A stretch of DNA of 64,000 nt from Mobula hypostoma (Eukaryota). Of this stretch, positions 26,416-39,419 are shown in pieces. The position numbers were made by a program, and so were the translations under genes. The notes under the pieces are model-generated. The model saw nothing but the letters and a program-made list of their open reading frames with translations. It was not told where the DNA came from and made no database searches. The stretch covers positions 18,540,001 to 18,604,000 of the forward strand of contig NC_086118.1 of the NCBI RefSeq assembly GCF_963921235.1, given 5' to 3'. Position 1 is the first letter of the stretch; each line of letters opens with the position of its first letter.

Positions 26416-26799
26416 CATAAAGGGATCGTCACAGCGGCCACAACTCCCTGCCATTTAGATTAGCTTTGGATAGAGATGGAAACAGACAGTATCGGCAAGT
26501 ATTTAATTAGGGGAGGAGAATTATGCTGCTATTAGGCAGGATGTTGGCAGCGTACATTGGGAACAGATGGTTTCAGGGATATAGACAATGGAAATGTAGA
26601 GGTTATTTACGGAGCACTTGCATGGGGTTCTGATTAGTTTTGTCCCACTGAAGCAGGGAAAGGATGGTAGGGTGAAAACAAGGTTGACAAGTGATGTGGA
26701 ACATTTAGTCAAGAAGAAGAACGAACCACACTTAAGGTTTAGAAGCAAAGTTCAGATAGGTTTCTTGAAAGTTACAAAGTAGCCAGGAAGAAAATTAGA

Positions 26800-27020
26800 G
26801 CAACACACACAAAATGCTGGAGGAACTCAGCAGGCCAGGCAGCATCTTTAGAAAAACGTACAATCGATGTTTCGGGCCAAGGCCCTTCATCAGAACTAAT
26901 GAAGGATCTCAGCCTGAAACATCAACTATACACTTTTCCATAGATGCTGCCTGGCCTGCTGAGGTCCTGCAGCATTTTGTGTGTGTTGCTTAGATTTCCA
27001 GGATCTGCAGGTTTTCTTTT
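26800..27020. mobile_element. Palindromic Penelope-derived insertion (older)
   Basis: Inverted arms ~26800-26893 and ~26896-26989 are centred at CTTCATCAG-AA-CTAATGAAG. Confidence 0.85.
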
Positions 27021-29049
27021 GCTTGAAAATAGATAAGTCTCCGGAGTCGGACTGGATATGCTACAAGTTACTACCGGAGGTGAGGGAAGAGATTGCTGCA
27101 CCTTTGGCAATGATCTATGGCAATGGCCTCACTGGCTGCGGGAGCAGTACCAGAAGATTGGAGGTTTGCAATTGTTATTCCTTTGTTCAGGAAAGATAAT
27201 AGAGGTAACCCTGAGAACTATAAATCAGTGAGTCTTACATCAGTGGTGGGCAAGCTATTAGAGAGAATTTTTTTTGAGACAGAAATTGTGAGCATTTTGA
27301 GGAGCATGATCTGATTACAGATAGTCATCCCATCTTTGTGAGGGGCAGATCATGCTTTACAACCCTGATTAACTTTATTGAGGAAGAGACAAAACAAATT
27401 GGTGAAGGTAGAGTGCTGGATGTGGTGTATATGGATTTTAGCAAAACCTTCAACAAAGTTTTCATGATACACTCATTTGTTAAGTCAGGAGACATGGTTT
27501 CCAGGAAACCTTGCATGCATAAATACAGAACTGGCTTGCCAAGGAAGGCAGTGTATTAGTAGATGGAGCGTATTTGGATTGAGGTCGGTGCTTAGTTGAG
27601 TTCCGCAGGGATCTGTTCTGTGAACCCTGCTCTTTGTGATATTTATAAATGGATGAGGAAGTGGAAGGATGGTATAGTAAATTTGCAGATGACATGAAGA
27701 TTGGTGGTGTTGTGGATAATATCAAAGCTAGTTGTCAGTTACAATGGGATATTGATAGGATGCAGGGCTGAACAGAGAAGTTACAGATGGAGTTCATTCC
27801 AGAGAAATGTAAAGTGATACGCTTTGGAAGGTTAAACTCGAAGGGAGGATTTTAGCAGTGTAGAGGAACAAAATGATTTTGGGGACCACATTCATGGCTC
27901 TCTCAAAGTTGTTGTGCGTGTTGTTAGGATGGTGAAGAAGGTGTATGGTGTGTTAGCCTTCCTTAATATCAGAATGTCAGAATCTAGTTTAATATCACCT
28001 GCATATGTCATAAAATTTGTTAATACATAATAGAGAAAACTGAATTACAGTAGTATATATATATATATAATAGTTAAATTTTACAAGTAGTGCAAAAATA
28101 GAAATAAAATTGTAGTGAGGTAGTGTGTTCATGGACTGTGGTAAAGGCAGATATGTTAGCAACATTTAAGACTCTCAGATAGGCAGAACATCGTGGGTCA
28201 AAGGGCCTTTACTATGTACTGTTCTTTTATCTATTACCTGCAAATGAAGAAACGTTGGTAAACTCACAGAGCACAACTATCTGGAGCTAACCCCTCGGGG
28301 GGCTGTTAAATTTAACACAGTGGTAAATGTGTTGAACAAGCTATTGGGTTTGGTAGTACTCAAGCTATTAATGCACAGCTTGTGGACTACATGGGTAATC
28401 CTGGGATTGTGATGGTTGGTTCAGCAATACTCAAAGGGAGCCTGGCAGATGAAGAACCTTTCTATCAAATAGGTATTATTGACATATTATACTTGCATGT
28501 CAGCAACACAACCTAAACTGCTACCCAAGTATTAACTTTCCTCTAAACCTAGCTTAGAACCTCTGGCAAGCCCATCTGTCAACTTCCAATCTACCAAACA
28601 TACCCAGCTGCCTAACACCAATCCACCGACCCTGCCACTCGCATCCACAATCACCAATTCATCAACTATTCCCCAAGTGATAACCCTGCTCCTGACTGCT
28701 CTGCTTACAGGTAGACCCATACCTCCTTCCAGTTCTTGCTCAACAACACCAACTTTACGTGCTCCGATTCCTGATTATCATTTCCAGGTTTTCTATTCCT
28801 CAACCAGCTTCTGACCTTGAGTGATCAGGACTAGATTTCCTTTGCAAAATTTATGTGCTGTGACTTGGTGAACCATGCAACGGGAAGGTTTTTTTTATCC
28901 AAGCGAGATTCATTCAGTAGCGCACAGCTACCAAGAAAATGGACCGATTATTCATTGCATCTACATACATGCCATTCAATTCCTAATCATGAACAATCAC
29001 ACCTACCTTCACGTAACATCATGAAGGATCCCACCCACCCTGCTCATCA

Positions 29050-29541
29050 ACATGTCAGTCCAAAGCCTCCTCCTTTGCCATGATGAGGCCACACTCAGGT
29101 CGGACGAGTAACAATTTATATTCCGTCCGTGTAGCCTCCAATCTGATGGCATGAACAAATTTCCAGTAACTGAGTCCCCACACCTTCACCATTCCCGTTT
29201 CCATCCCTCACCTTATCTCCTTACCTGCCCATCGTCTCCCTCTGGTACTCCTCCCCCATTCCCTTTCTTCTTTGGTCTTCTACCCTCTCCTGTCAGATTC
29301 ACCCTTCTCCAGCCCTTTCTCTCTTTCACCAATCAACTTCCCAGCTCCTTACTTCACTGATCCCAGTTTCACCTATTACTTCTCATCTTCCTGATCTTCT
29401 TCAATCCTGATGAAGGGTCTCGGTCTGAATCATCAACGGTTTACTCTTTTCCACAGATGATGCCTGGCTGGCTAAGTTCCTCCAGTACTTTGCGTGTGTA
29501 GTTTTGGATCTTCATCATCTGCAGATTTTTTTCATATTTGT
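29050..29541 (+). mobile_element. Penelope-like element 3' fragment inserted in a Rex1 3' fragment
   Basis: Homologous to 31140-31680 (C-terminus of the GIY-YIG ORF, pyrimidine-rich spacer, degenerate CTGATGAAGGGTCTCGG). Rex1-like sequence resumes at ~29542. Confidence 0.75.
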
Positions 29542-30939
29542 GGACAGTTTGTCCCACTCCTGTCAGGGAGAAGGCTGCTATGTAGCATCCACATCAGGAC
29601 CACCAGACCCAAAATCAGTTACTTTCCCCAAGTAGTAAGGCTGCTCAACACCTGCACTCACTAACCCACCCCTCCACACCCACAACCACCACTGCTTTAT
29701 CATTTCCTGTCAGTCATTTTATGTACAGACACCCTTGTGCCTAGAGTCACTTCATGGACATACAATCTATGTATAAGTTATCCTACATATTTATATTTAT
29801 TGTGCTCCTTATCTAATCGTGGATTTTTTTTGCACTGCTTTGGATCTCGAGTAACAATTATTTCGTTCTCTACACTTGTATATTGGAAATAACTTTCAAT
29901 GAGGAATAACAACCTGGAAGAGGTGGGAATTAGAAAGGAAGAAATCAAAATCAAATCAATATGAAAAAGAGAAATAAATAATCAAAAAAGAGATTAGATT
30001 AAAACAAATAGAGAGAAAAGACAGCAAGAAAATATTAAGCAGAAATCAAATTTAAAACTTAATCTTTGACATCTTAAAATCCTCAAGATATATTACATGC
30101 TAAAATAATGAACTTTCCTTTTAATTGATCATTTTTGGAGTCAAAACAGAATCCTGGCACTTATTCATATTTGTAATGTTGCTAATTAAGATTATTTAAA
30201 CTCTTAATTACTAACATATGTTTTTCTGCTGGGTTTAATTGGGATTGAATGACTCAATAGAACTAAATTATGAAAATCACATGATAGTTAACGGCAAGAC
30301 AAGATATTTTCATGAAAAAAGTAGCAGGATAGCACAAATTATCCAGTATTATTTGGCCATTCTCAATGGATCAGGAATATCTACTTGGTTACAAGTTGCT
30401 GCAGATTTACAGAGCGCTAATGCCATGCAATGCTTCTTTGTCAATATTTTTTGCAAATATGGCCCCTTCATGTTACATTGGTATCATATCATGTTTATCT
30501 GACAAACTTTGAATATTGCAGTATTCCAAAATCACCAACCAATCTTAGAAAATAAAACTAGTTCCTCTCTCTGGGTAGCCTAAGCTGTACGATCAGTTGT
30601 TAATCCACTGCACTCCCTCTACCTGGCTCACAGTACATTGACTTCTTTTTGTCTTACCATATTGTGCATAGGTAGGTCTTAGACATTGAACTGCTGCCAC
30701 AAAAAAGGAAACAATAAATTTCATGATATATATGGGTGATGATAAACCTGAATCTGATCTGGGTCACTATTGTGTACTGAGAGTGGGGAGCAGGCAGGGA
30801 GAGGGGAATCATGAGTGGGAAAGGGAGAAGTCTGAGGTACCCTAGCTATATATTTTTGCACAGTACATGATCCTCTCCCTTCTCATGCCCTTACACTTCC
30901 TCCCTTACCACCATTCAGGGCCCCAGACAGTCCTTCCAG

Positions 30940-31266
30940 GTGAGACGACACTTCACCTGTGAGTCGGCTGGTGTGATATACTGCATCTGGTGCTCCCGAT
31001 GTGGCCTTCTATATATTGGCGAGACCCGACGCAGACTGGGAGACCGTTTCGCTGAACACCTACGCTCTGTCCGCCAGAGAAAGCAGGATCACCCAGTGGC
31101 CACACATTTTAATTCCACATCCCATTCCCATTCTGACATGTCTATCCACGGCCTCCTCTACTGTAAAGATGAAGCCACACTCAGGTTGCAGGAACAACAC
31201 CTTATATTCCGTCTGGGTAGCTACCAACCTGATGGCATGAACATTGACTTCTCAAACTCCTGCTAA
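30940..31266 (+). CDS. GIY-YIG endonuclease domain of a Penelope-like element (5'-truncated, uninterrupted reading frame)
   Basis: FTCESAGVIYCIWCSRCGLLYIGETRRRLGDRFAEHLRSV...VATHFN...LQEQHLIFRLGSYQPDGMN shows VIY...YIGET, the conserved R and E residues and the terminal G-x-N. Confidence 0.9.
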   Translation: MRRHFTCESAGVIYCIWCSRCGLLYIGETRRRLGDRFAEHLRSVRQRKQDHPVATHFNSTSHSHSDMSIHGLLYCKDEATLRLQEQHLIFRLGSYQPDGMNIDFSNSC

Positions 31267-31584
31267 TGCCCCACCTCCACCTCGTACCCCATATGTTATT
31301 TATTTATATACACACATTCTTTCTCTCTCTCTCTCTCCTTTTTCTCCCTCTCCTTTTTCTCCCTCTGTCCCACTCACTATACCCGTTGCCCATCCTCTGG
31401 GTTTTTCCCCCCTCCCCCTTTTCTTTCTCCCTGGATCTCCTGTCCCATGATCCTCTCATATCCCTTTTGCCAATTCCCTGTCCAGCTCTTGGCTCCATCC
31501 CTCCCCCTCCTGTCTTCTCCTATCATCTCGGATCTCCCCCTCCCCCTCCCACTTTCAAATCTCTTACTATCTCTTCTTTCAGTT

Positions 31585-31620
31585 AGTCCTGACGAAGGGT
31601 CTCGGCCCGAAACGTTGACT
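31585..31620 (+). ncRNA. Minimal type-I hammerhead ribozyme in PLE terminal repeat, predicted
   Basis: AGTC CTGACGA A GGGT CTCG GCCC GAAA CGTT GACT, with an intact core and a GUU triplet. Confidence 0.7.
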
Positions 31621-32534
31621 GTACCTCTTCTTAGAGATGCTGCCTGGCCTGCTGCGTTCCCCAGCGTTTTTTGTGTGTGTTATTCTGAATTACTTTGTTT
31701 TGCCTCAATGCTCTGTGTAATGATTTGATCTGTATGAACAGTATGGAAGACAAGCTTTTCACTGTGCCTGGGTTCATGTGACAATAATAATGAACTAATA
31801 GCAATATCAAGACTGTGAGCTATAGGTTGGAGACACCCTAGTCTGGGTACACATCCTCCCTCATCTGACCTATCGAGCACTCTTGTTCCATTTCACTTTA
31901 AAGAATATTGACTTAGCCCACTCAGTCTTTAATCATATGAGAAGCCTGCTATCCTAAGAATCAAATCTGCTGTAACTACAAACGTATGTTATGCTCCCTA
32001 AATAGCAAATAAATTGGTTACTATGCAAGAAAGCCAAAATTGTACACGATGCTTTCAGTGTAATGACCAAAGCATTATATTACTGTACTAATTTAGCTTC
32101 ATTCTTGGCAAGTTTTCCACTGATAAAGACCAAACTACCACTTACACTCCAAAATGTCTGTTGTACCTGCTGTAAGCTTCCAGTATCTTATGTAATAGAA
32201 CACCCAGGACCATTTAAAATACTGTGGGAAGAGTAACAGAGATAATGTTTCAAGTTAAGAATCTTTGTCAAAGCATTCTGATTAAAAGTCTTCAACCTGA
32301 ATCCTTAGTTCCATTTCTCTTCCAACAGATACGACCTGACCTGCTCAGCATTTACAGCATTTTCTGTTTTCATTTTACATTTCCAGCAGCTACAGATTTT
32401 TTTTGATTTTCATGGTCACCTGATTCTATCTAATCTTGTTCAGCAAGTTGACTTGTCAATTTTATATTTTTTTTAAAAGTGTAAAATGTACAAAGTGTTT
32501 TAGTTTTCGGAAGTATTTTAAAATTATCTTGATA

Positions 32535-33157
32535 AACCCCTCGTCTAAGAAGGGATGTGCATTGGAGAGGTTCAAAGGAGCGTCACGGGATTGAAAGGCT
32601 TGTTATATGAGCGGTGTTTGAAGGTTCTGTTCCTTGTTAGAGTGGACGTGGAGAGAGTGTTTCTTATTTATCAATTTATCAATTGAGATACAGTGCGGAG
32701 TAGACCTATCTGGTCCTTCGAGCCACACTGCCCAGCAACCCTTGATTTAACCCTAGCCTAATTATGGGACAATTTACAATGACCAATTAACTGTGGGAGG
32801 CAACCGGAGCACTCTGAGGAAACCCACAGGGAGATTGCACAAACTGCAGTGGGAATTGAACCCGGGTCGCTGGTAGCTCAGAATAGAGGATGTCCTTTTA
32901 GAATGGAGATGAGGAGAAATCTCTTTAGCCAGAGAGCAGTGAATCTGTGGAACTCATTGTCACAGGTGGCTGTGGAGGCCAAGTCATTGGGTATGATTAA
33001 AGCAGAGGTTGATAGATTCTGGATTAGTCAGGGAGATACAGAGAAAAGGCAGGAGATTGCGGCTGAGAGGGAAATGGATCAGCCAAGATGAAATGGCAGA
33101 GCAGACTCGATGGGCCAAATGGCATAATTCTGCTCCTATATCTTATGGTCTTATGGT
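32535..33157 (+). mobile_element. CR1 3' fragment interrupted by a SINE
   Basis: FSQRAVNLWNSL motif and TCTTATGGTCTTATGG tail. Confidence 0.8.
32668..32875 (-). mobile_element. HE1-like tRNA-derived V-SINE (partial)
   Basis: Reverse complement is homologous to 59829-60111 and includes box B GGTTCAATTCC. Confidence 0.7.
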
Positions 33158-34478
33158 TGTAAGTTTCTTAATACTTTGATTTTTTACTGTTTTTTTCCCT
33201 TTTTAAAAAAAGGGAGTATTTTCCATTATCTCAGAATTATTCCGAATGTTTGTTAAACTGTGATATTATGACCTAGTTTGGAGTCACGACATCATCACCT
33301 CCCAGATGTTGACAAGTATTGTTCACTAAATGTGCAGTATTTCCCATGGCGGTAGTGGTTCCCTCCGGAAGGGTATTGTAAGGGAAGGTTGTTGCTTTTA
33401 GTCCAAGGTCAGGGACAAGTTGACATTTTGCATAATGTGTTAATACATTGGTCTGCTTCCTCTGTTTCCTGAATTCAAATGTAATTGAGACTGATGATAT
33501 AGACGTTTCATTTTTAACTCCGTTCTCCATTACTTTTGTTTTTCTCCCCATAGATGCTGCCTGACCTGCTGAGTATTTCCAGCATTTTCTGTTTTTATTT
33601 CAGATTTTCATCATCTAAACTTCTCTTCAACTTTTTTTCTAGAAGTATTTTTTTCTGCTTGCCTGTGATTTTACGTGAGTTGGATTTCTTGCAGTCTGGC
33701 TGGCAGCTAGGGTGTATAGTCCCATTGCCTTACTTTGCACTGCACTGTTTACACTGTGATAATCTGCTCTGTAGGATTGAAACATACTTGTTTTACTTTT
33801 CCCTTACCTGGGAGAGATTGAAGCTAATACTAAAAACAGTGAAAAATTATCCATTACTCAACGTTAATATGCTTCACCTTTGTCATCATAACAATTCACA
33901 AAGGTGCAAAAGCTCTCCTTCCAAACAGCACACCTGACATACTGTGGACACAAGATCAATTTCATGCATGGAAACAGTGTATCCATTGCTGTTGGCAACA
34001 TTACATCAGTCTTCCAATTTTTGATTTTTCACACTGACAATGATTGAACAAGAGAATATTTTCTTTCCCAGAAATAAAAGAGACTGCTTATTTGATGCAG
34101 CCATTAGAACATGCCCATAATGAGTACTTCCACTTTCAAAAGCTTGTACAAAGGTGTGTGGCTTTACAGGCGGAGAAATTTAGCTTAGATAGGAGCACAA
34201 AACTGTGATATTAAATTGAAGTGCATCATTCATTTGATGTTGATCTGCCATTTCATGCTATCTTTCAAAATTATTTTCTGTTTCATAAGTCCCACATGTA
34301 ATGCCTCCTCGTTTTCAGAATGTACCATATGATTAGAATCTGTTGACATGAAAACTTGTGCTGAGGTGGTTCATGCCATTCTCCTCAAATATGCGCAACA
34401 CTCCAAGGGTGCTCAAGCCCGCATTTTATAGAGCTGCAACAGTGCCTCTGAGCCTTTGAACCCCATCTAACAACTAGT

Positions 34479-36850
34479 GAAGGCCAACGCACCATATACC
34501 TTCTTAACCATCCGATCATTTTGCGTGACATCTGTGGATGTAGTCCCAAAGATCCCTCTGTTCCTCTACACTGCTAAGAATCCTGCCATCAACTTCATAC
34601 TTTACCTTCAAGTTTGACCTTCCAAAGTGGATCACTTCACACTTCTCTGGACTGAAATACGCCTGCCAGTTCTCAGCCCACACACATAAGGAATTAAATA
34701 TTTTAATAAGAATTAAAAAGAGCAAGGATTCCAGAACAGATCCTTGCAGAAGACCACAAGTCACAGACCGTCAGTCAAAATATGCTCCCTCTACTACCAT
34801 TAGTTTTCCTGCAGCCGAGTTTCCTGGATCCCATACCTCCTTACCCTCTAAATGAGCCTACAGTACCACAGGAAACCTTATCAAATACCTTACTAATATC
34901 AATATACACATCTCCTGATCTACCTCTATCAATTTGTTTTGTCACTTCTTTGAAGAAGTCTATCAGGCTTGCCAAGCATGATCTGCCACTCACAAAGCTA
35001 TGTTGACCACCTGTAATCAGACAATACTTCTCCCAATGCTCATAAATTCTGTCTCCAAGAATCCTCTCGAATAGTTTTCCCAGAACTGATGTACAACTCA
35101 CAGGTCTACAATTCACAGGATTATGTCTGTTACCTTTCTTGAACAAGGAATAACATTTGCCACCCTCAAATCTTGTGGTACTACTCCTGTGGCTAGTAAG
35201 AATGCAAAAACTCATTGCCAAAGTCATGACAATCTCTTCCCTCATTTCCCACAGCAACCAACAATATATCCCTTCTGACCCCAGGGACTTATCTATCCTA
35301 ATATTTTTCAAAGGTTCCAGAACATCCTCTTTCTTAAACTCAACATGCCCCTGCACATTCAACACCATTTGACACTCACCTTACATTTGTCAAGATCCTT
35401 CTCAGTGGTGAATACTGAAGCAAAGTATTCATTAAGAACCTCCCCTGCCTCCTCTGACTCCAGGTACATGGTTCCTCTTTTATCCCTGATCAGTTCTACC
35501 TCAGCTCTAGTCGTCCTCCTGCTTGTCACATCCATGTAGAGTGCCTTGGGGTTTTCCTGAATTCTGCTGCCCAGGGCATTCTCATATCTCCTGGTTCTCC
35601 TAAGTCTTATCCTAATCTCCATCTTGGCCACCGTACAGCTCTCAAAAGCCCTGTCTAATCTTTGCTGCTACACATAAAGTATGCTTCCTTCTTGCTCTTG
35701 ACTAAATGTGTCACTTATCTTGTTCCTTCACCCTTTCCCTGTTTCAATAGGACAAACCTGTCCAGAACCCCATACAAGTTCTCCCTAAGCACCCATCACA
35801 TTTCTATTATCCATTTCCCTGAGAAATGTACCCAATTCACACTACCAAGATTCTGTCCAATAGAATCATAATTCCCCTCCCCCATTCAATACTTTCCCAT
35901 ATCATCTGTTCCTATATCTGTCCAAGGCTATGCTAAAAGTCAGAGAGTTGTGAACACTGTCTCTGAGATCTGTCAGTGGCCAGGTTCATTACCTAGTACT
36001 AGATCCAGTACGCCCTCTCCTCTAGTCGTCCAGTTTATATCTTGTGTCAGCATCAGCTTCCTGGTCATACTAAACAAATTCTACCCTATCTAAACCTCTG
36101 TGCTAGGGAGCTGCCAATCAATATTAGGGAAGCTGAAGTCAACCATGACAACAACCCCGTTATTTTTGCACTGTTCCAAAATTTGCCTTCAATTCTGCTC
36201 CTCAGTGCCTCTGTTGCCATAGGATGGGGGTGGGGGGCTATGAAATACTCTCAGCAGAGTGGTTCCTCTCTTCCTGTTTCAGACTTCCACCCACATAGAC
36301 ATTAGAGAATCCCTCCAATACGTCCTCCCTTTCTGCAGCTGTGACAGTATTGCTGAGTAGCAATACTACTCCCTCCACTCTATTACCTCTCTCCCTGTGA
36401 CTTTTGAAGTTTGGAACATTCAGCAGCCATTCCTGTCCCGGTGACAGCCAAATCACTAATAGCGGCAACATCAAGTGTCCAGATCTGGTCACCTCATTAT
36501 ACGTAGGATGTGGAAGCTCTGGAGAGGGTGCAGTGGAGATTTACCAGGATGCTTCCTGTATTAGAATGCATATCTTATGAGGAAAAGCTGAGTGAGCTAG
36601 GGCTTTTCTCTACCAAGTGAAGAAGGATGAGAGGTTACTTGACAAAGGTGTATAAAAAGGAATTGACAGAACATTCAGCCAGCACCTTTCCAACAGGGCA
36701 GGCATCCCTAATACAAAAGGGCATAATTTTAAGGTGATTAATTGGAAATATAAGGGGGAAATGTCAAATTTAGGTGTTTTTCTTAAACACAGAGTGGTGG
36801 GTGCATGGAATGCACTGCCAAGAGTGTTGGTAGAGGCAGATACTTTAGAT
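34479..36850. mobile_element. Rearranged CR1: minus-strand APE-RT part (34479-36472) fused to plus-strand 3' part (36473-36850)
   Basis: ORFs 34841..35368 and 35359..35631 on the minus strand carry CR1 ORF2 motifs. The plus-strand part starts at CVQIWSPHY-like sequence. Confidence 0.8.
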
Positions 36851-37929
36851 TCCCAGATAGGCTCAATTTTCAACCAGACTGCATGGTAAACTAAAACCAT
36901 GCATCAAACTATATATGTGTATTCATAAGTAATTGATATTTCTGGTTAAGACGCTTTATTCTGACTTCTGCCCCTTTCTTTTCCAGTCCAGATGAAGGGC
37001 CTTGACCTTAAAAATTGTTTATTTCTCTCCTTAGATGCTGCCTGGTTTGCAGAGTTCCTCCAGCATTTTGTGTGTGTCTCAAGATTTACAGCCTCGAAAG
37101 AATCGCTGGTGTTTACATCTGCTTCAAGTACCCAATGATATTTGATAACCATGCATTGGATAAAATCCTATCTCACAGCACACAAAAGCATTACACTGCA
37201 CAATATACCCTCTAGTCCGATATCCCCGTATCCATAGCCTTCAAATAACTGCTACTCTGGGTAACAACAAATCCAAGTGGAGTTAGGCCAGTTATGGGAT
37301 ACAGGATAACTAGTGAGTGAAAATGATATGTTGCACAAGGAAAAAAATGCATTAACACTTGAGTATCCAAGATACTAAAATGATTTTGAATAGATTCTCT
37401 TCACAAATATTTTTCAGGTGAAAACTAATGTCCCAGCAGTACTTCCTACTTAGATGTCTGCGGAGTTTAACTGAATATATAACTTCGTCATGACATAGGC
37501 CTGGGCAGGGCAAAAAGCATTACCAGGGATGCATCTCACCCTAACCATGGACTTTTTACTCTCCTCCCATCCGGTAGGTGCTACAGGAGCCTCCGCTCCC
37601 GCACCAGCAGGCACAGGAAGAGCTTCTTCCCTGAGGCTGTGACCCTGCTGAACCTCACATCACAGTGCTAAGCAGTATTGCATCCATATTGTACTGTCTC
37701 TGTACTTTTATATTTGTGTGCTGTAGCACTTTTTTATTCAGTTATTTTTTAAATAACACTACTCTTTACATTTCTGGTCAGATGCTAAATGCATTTCATT
37801 GGCTTTGTATCTGTACTCGACACAATGACAATAAAGTTGAATCTAATCTAATCTAACATATCGGTTACGTTGTTCTGTGTTTGGATCATAGTAATTATAT
37901 GACAGCAGCTGTGCAATTTTCTATGTTTT

Positions 37930-39071
37930 GCAATGCTTTCATGGAATTACAGGGAAGTTACTAGTGTGGGTGGAGCATTGGCTGGTCGGTAGAAAACAGA
38001 GAGTGGAAATAAAGGGATCCTATTCTGGCTGGCTAACGGTTACCAGTGGAGCTCCACAGGGGTTGGTGTTGGAACCGCTGCTCTTTACAATGTACGTCAA
38101 TGATTTGGACAATGGTATTAATGGATTTGTGGCTAAATTTGCCAATGATGCAAAGATAGGTGGAGGAGCAGGTAGTATTGAGGAAACAGTAAGCCTGCAG
38201 AGAGACTTAGATAGTTTGGGAGAATGGGCAAAGAAGTGGCAAATGAAATACAATGTTGGAAAGTGTATGGTCATGCACTTTGCTGGAAGAAGTAAACAGG
38301 TAGACTATTATTTAGTTGGGGAGAGAATTCAAAATGCATGAGTTGCAAAGGGACTTGGGAGTCCTTGTGCAAGATACCCTGAAGATTAACCTCCAGACTG
38401 AGTTGGTTGTGAAGAAGGCGAATGCAATGTTGGCATTCATTTCTAGAGTTATACAATATAAGAGCAGGGATGTGATGTTGAGGCTCTGTAAGGCACTCGT
38501 GAGACCAAACTTGAAGTATTGTGTGCAGTTTTGGGCTCCTTATTTTAGAAAGAATAAACTGACATTGGAGAAGGTTCAGAGAAGATTCACGAGAATAATT
38601 CCAGGAATGAGAGAGTTACCATATGAGGAACGTCTGGCAGCTCTTGGGCTGTATTCCCTGGAGTTCAGGAGAATGAGGGGGGATCTGATAGAAACATTCC
38701 GAATGTTAAAAGGCCTAAACAGATTAGATATGGCAAAGTTATTTTCCATGGTAGGGGACTCTAGGAGAAGAGGGCATGACTTCAGGATTGAAGGATGTCC
38801 ATTTAGAACTGAGATGTGGAGAAATTACTTTAGTCAGAGGGTGGTAAATCTGTGGAATTTGTTGCCATGAACAGCTGTGGAGGCCAAGTCATTCGGTGTA
38901 TTTAAGACAGAGATAGATTGGTTCTTATTTAGCCAGGGCATCAAAGGGTATGGGGTGAAAGCAGGAGAGTGGGGATGACTGGAAGAATTGGATCAGCCCA
39001 TGATTGAATGGCGGAGCAGACTCGATGGGCCGAATGGCCTACTTCTGCTCCTATATCTTATGGTCTTATGC
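37930..39071 (+). mobile_element. CR1 LINE 3' 1.1 kb
   Basis: ORFs 37928..38341 and 38316..38870 (GAPQGLVLEPLLF, KFANDAK, FSQRVVNLWN) and TCTTATGGTCTTATG tail. Confidence 0.92.
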
Positions 39072-39419
39072 TACTGTAAACATATGCTGTGAACATATAA
39101 TCATACCAATTTGATACTCTTCAGTGCCTCTTCCTCTACCCACACAATGTTGAAATGGTAATGAAGCCCATATGCATCATCATCATGATGCATGGAGTTG
39201 TCCTCCTGTGTGATACTAGGATAATCTCTTGTTTAGTGTATGCAGTAAAGAATTATAAATTATGTCTGTAATAAATTTTCCATGATTACTTAAACCTAAA
39301 ATTAAAAGATTACCCTGAGAGTAATAGGAGAATTAACATTTAAATTTTCTTCAGGGCAGTCATTTTACTCGCATTCAAGAGCTAAGATTCATAGATTCCA
39401 GCTCTCTATTCCTTTACTG

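Larger units (their letters stand above)
24365..28235. mobile_element. Rearranged CR1: minus-strand 3' part (24365-24900) fused to plus-strand APE-RT part, with nested insertions
   Basis: Junction ...CCAGAACTGAACACA|TGATGTTGTGGCTATTACGGAG (DVVAITEAW). Plus-strand RT motifs continue from 26420 to 27961. Confidence 0.75.
30893..31680 (+). mobile_element. Penelope-like element (PLE) 3' portion: GIY-YIG endonuclease and hammerhead-bearing terminal repeat
   Basis: GIY-YIG ORF followed by a pyrimidine-rich spacer and a hammerhead motif. Confidence 0.92.
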
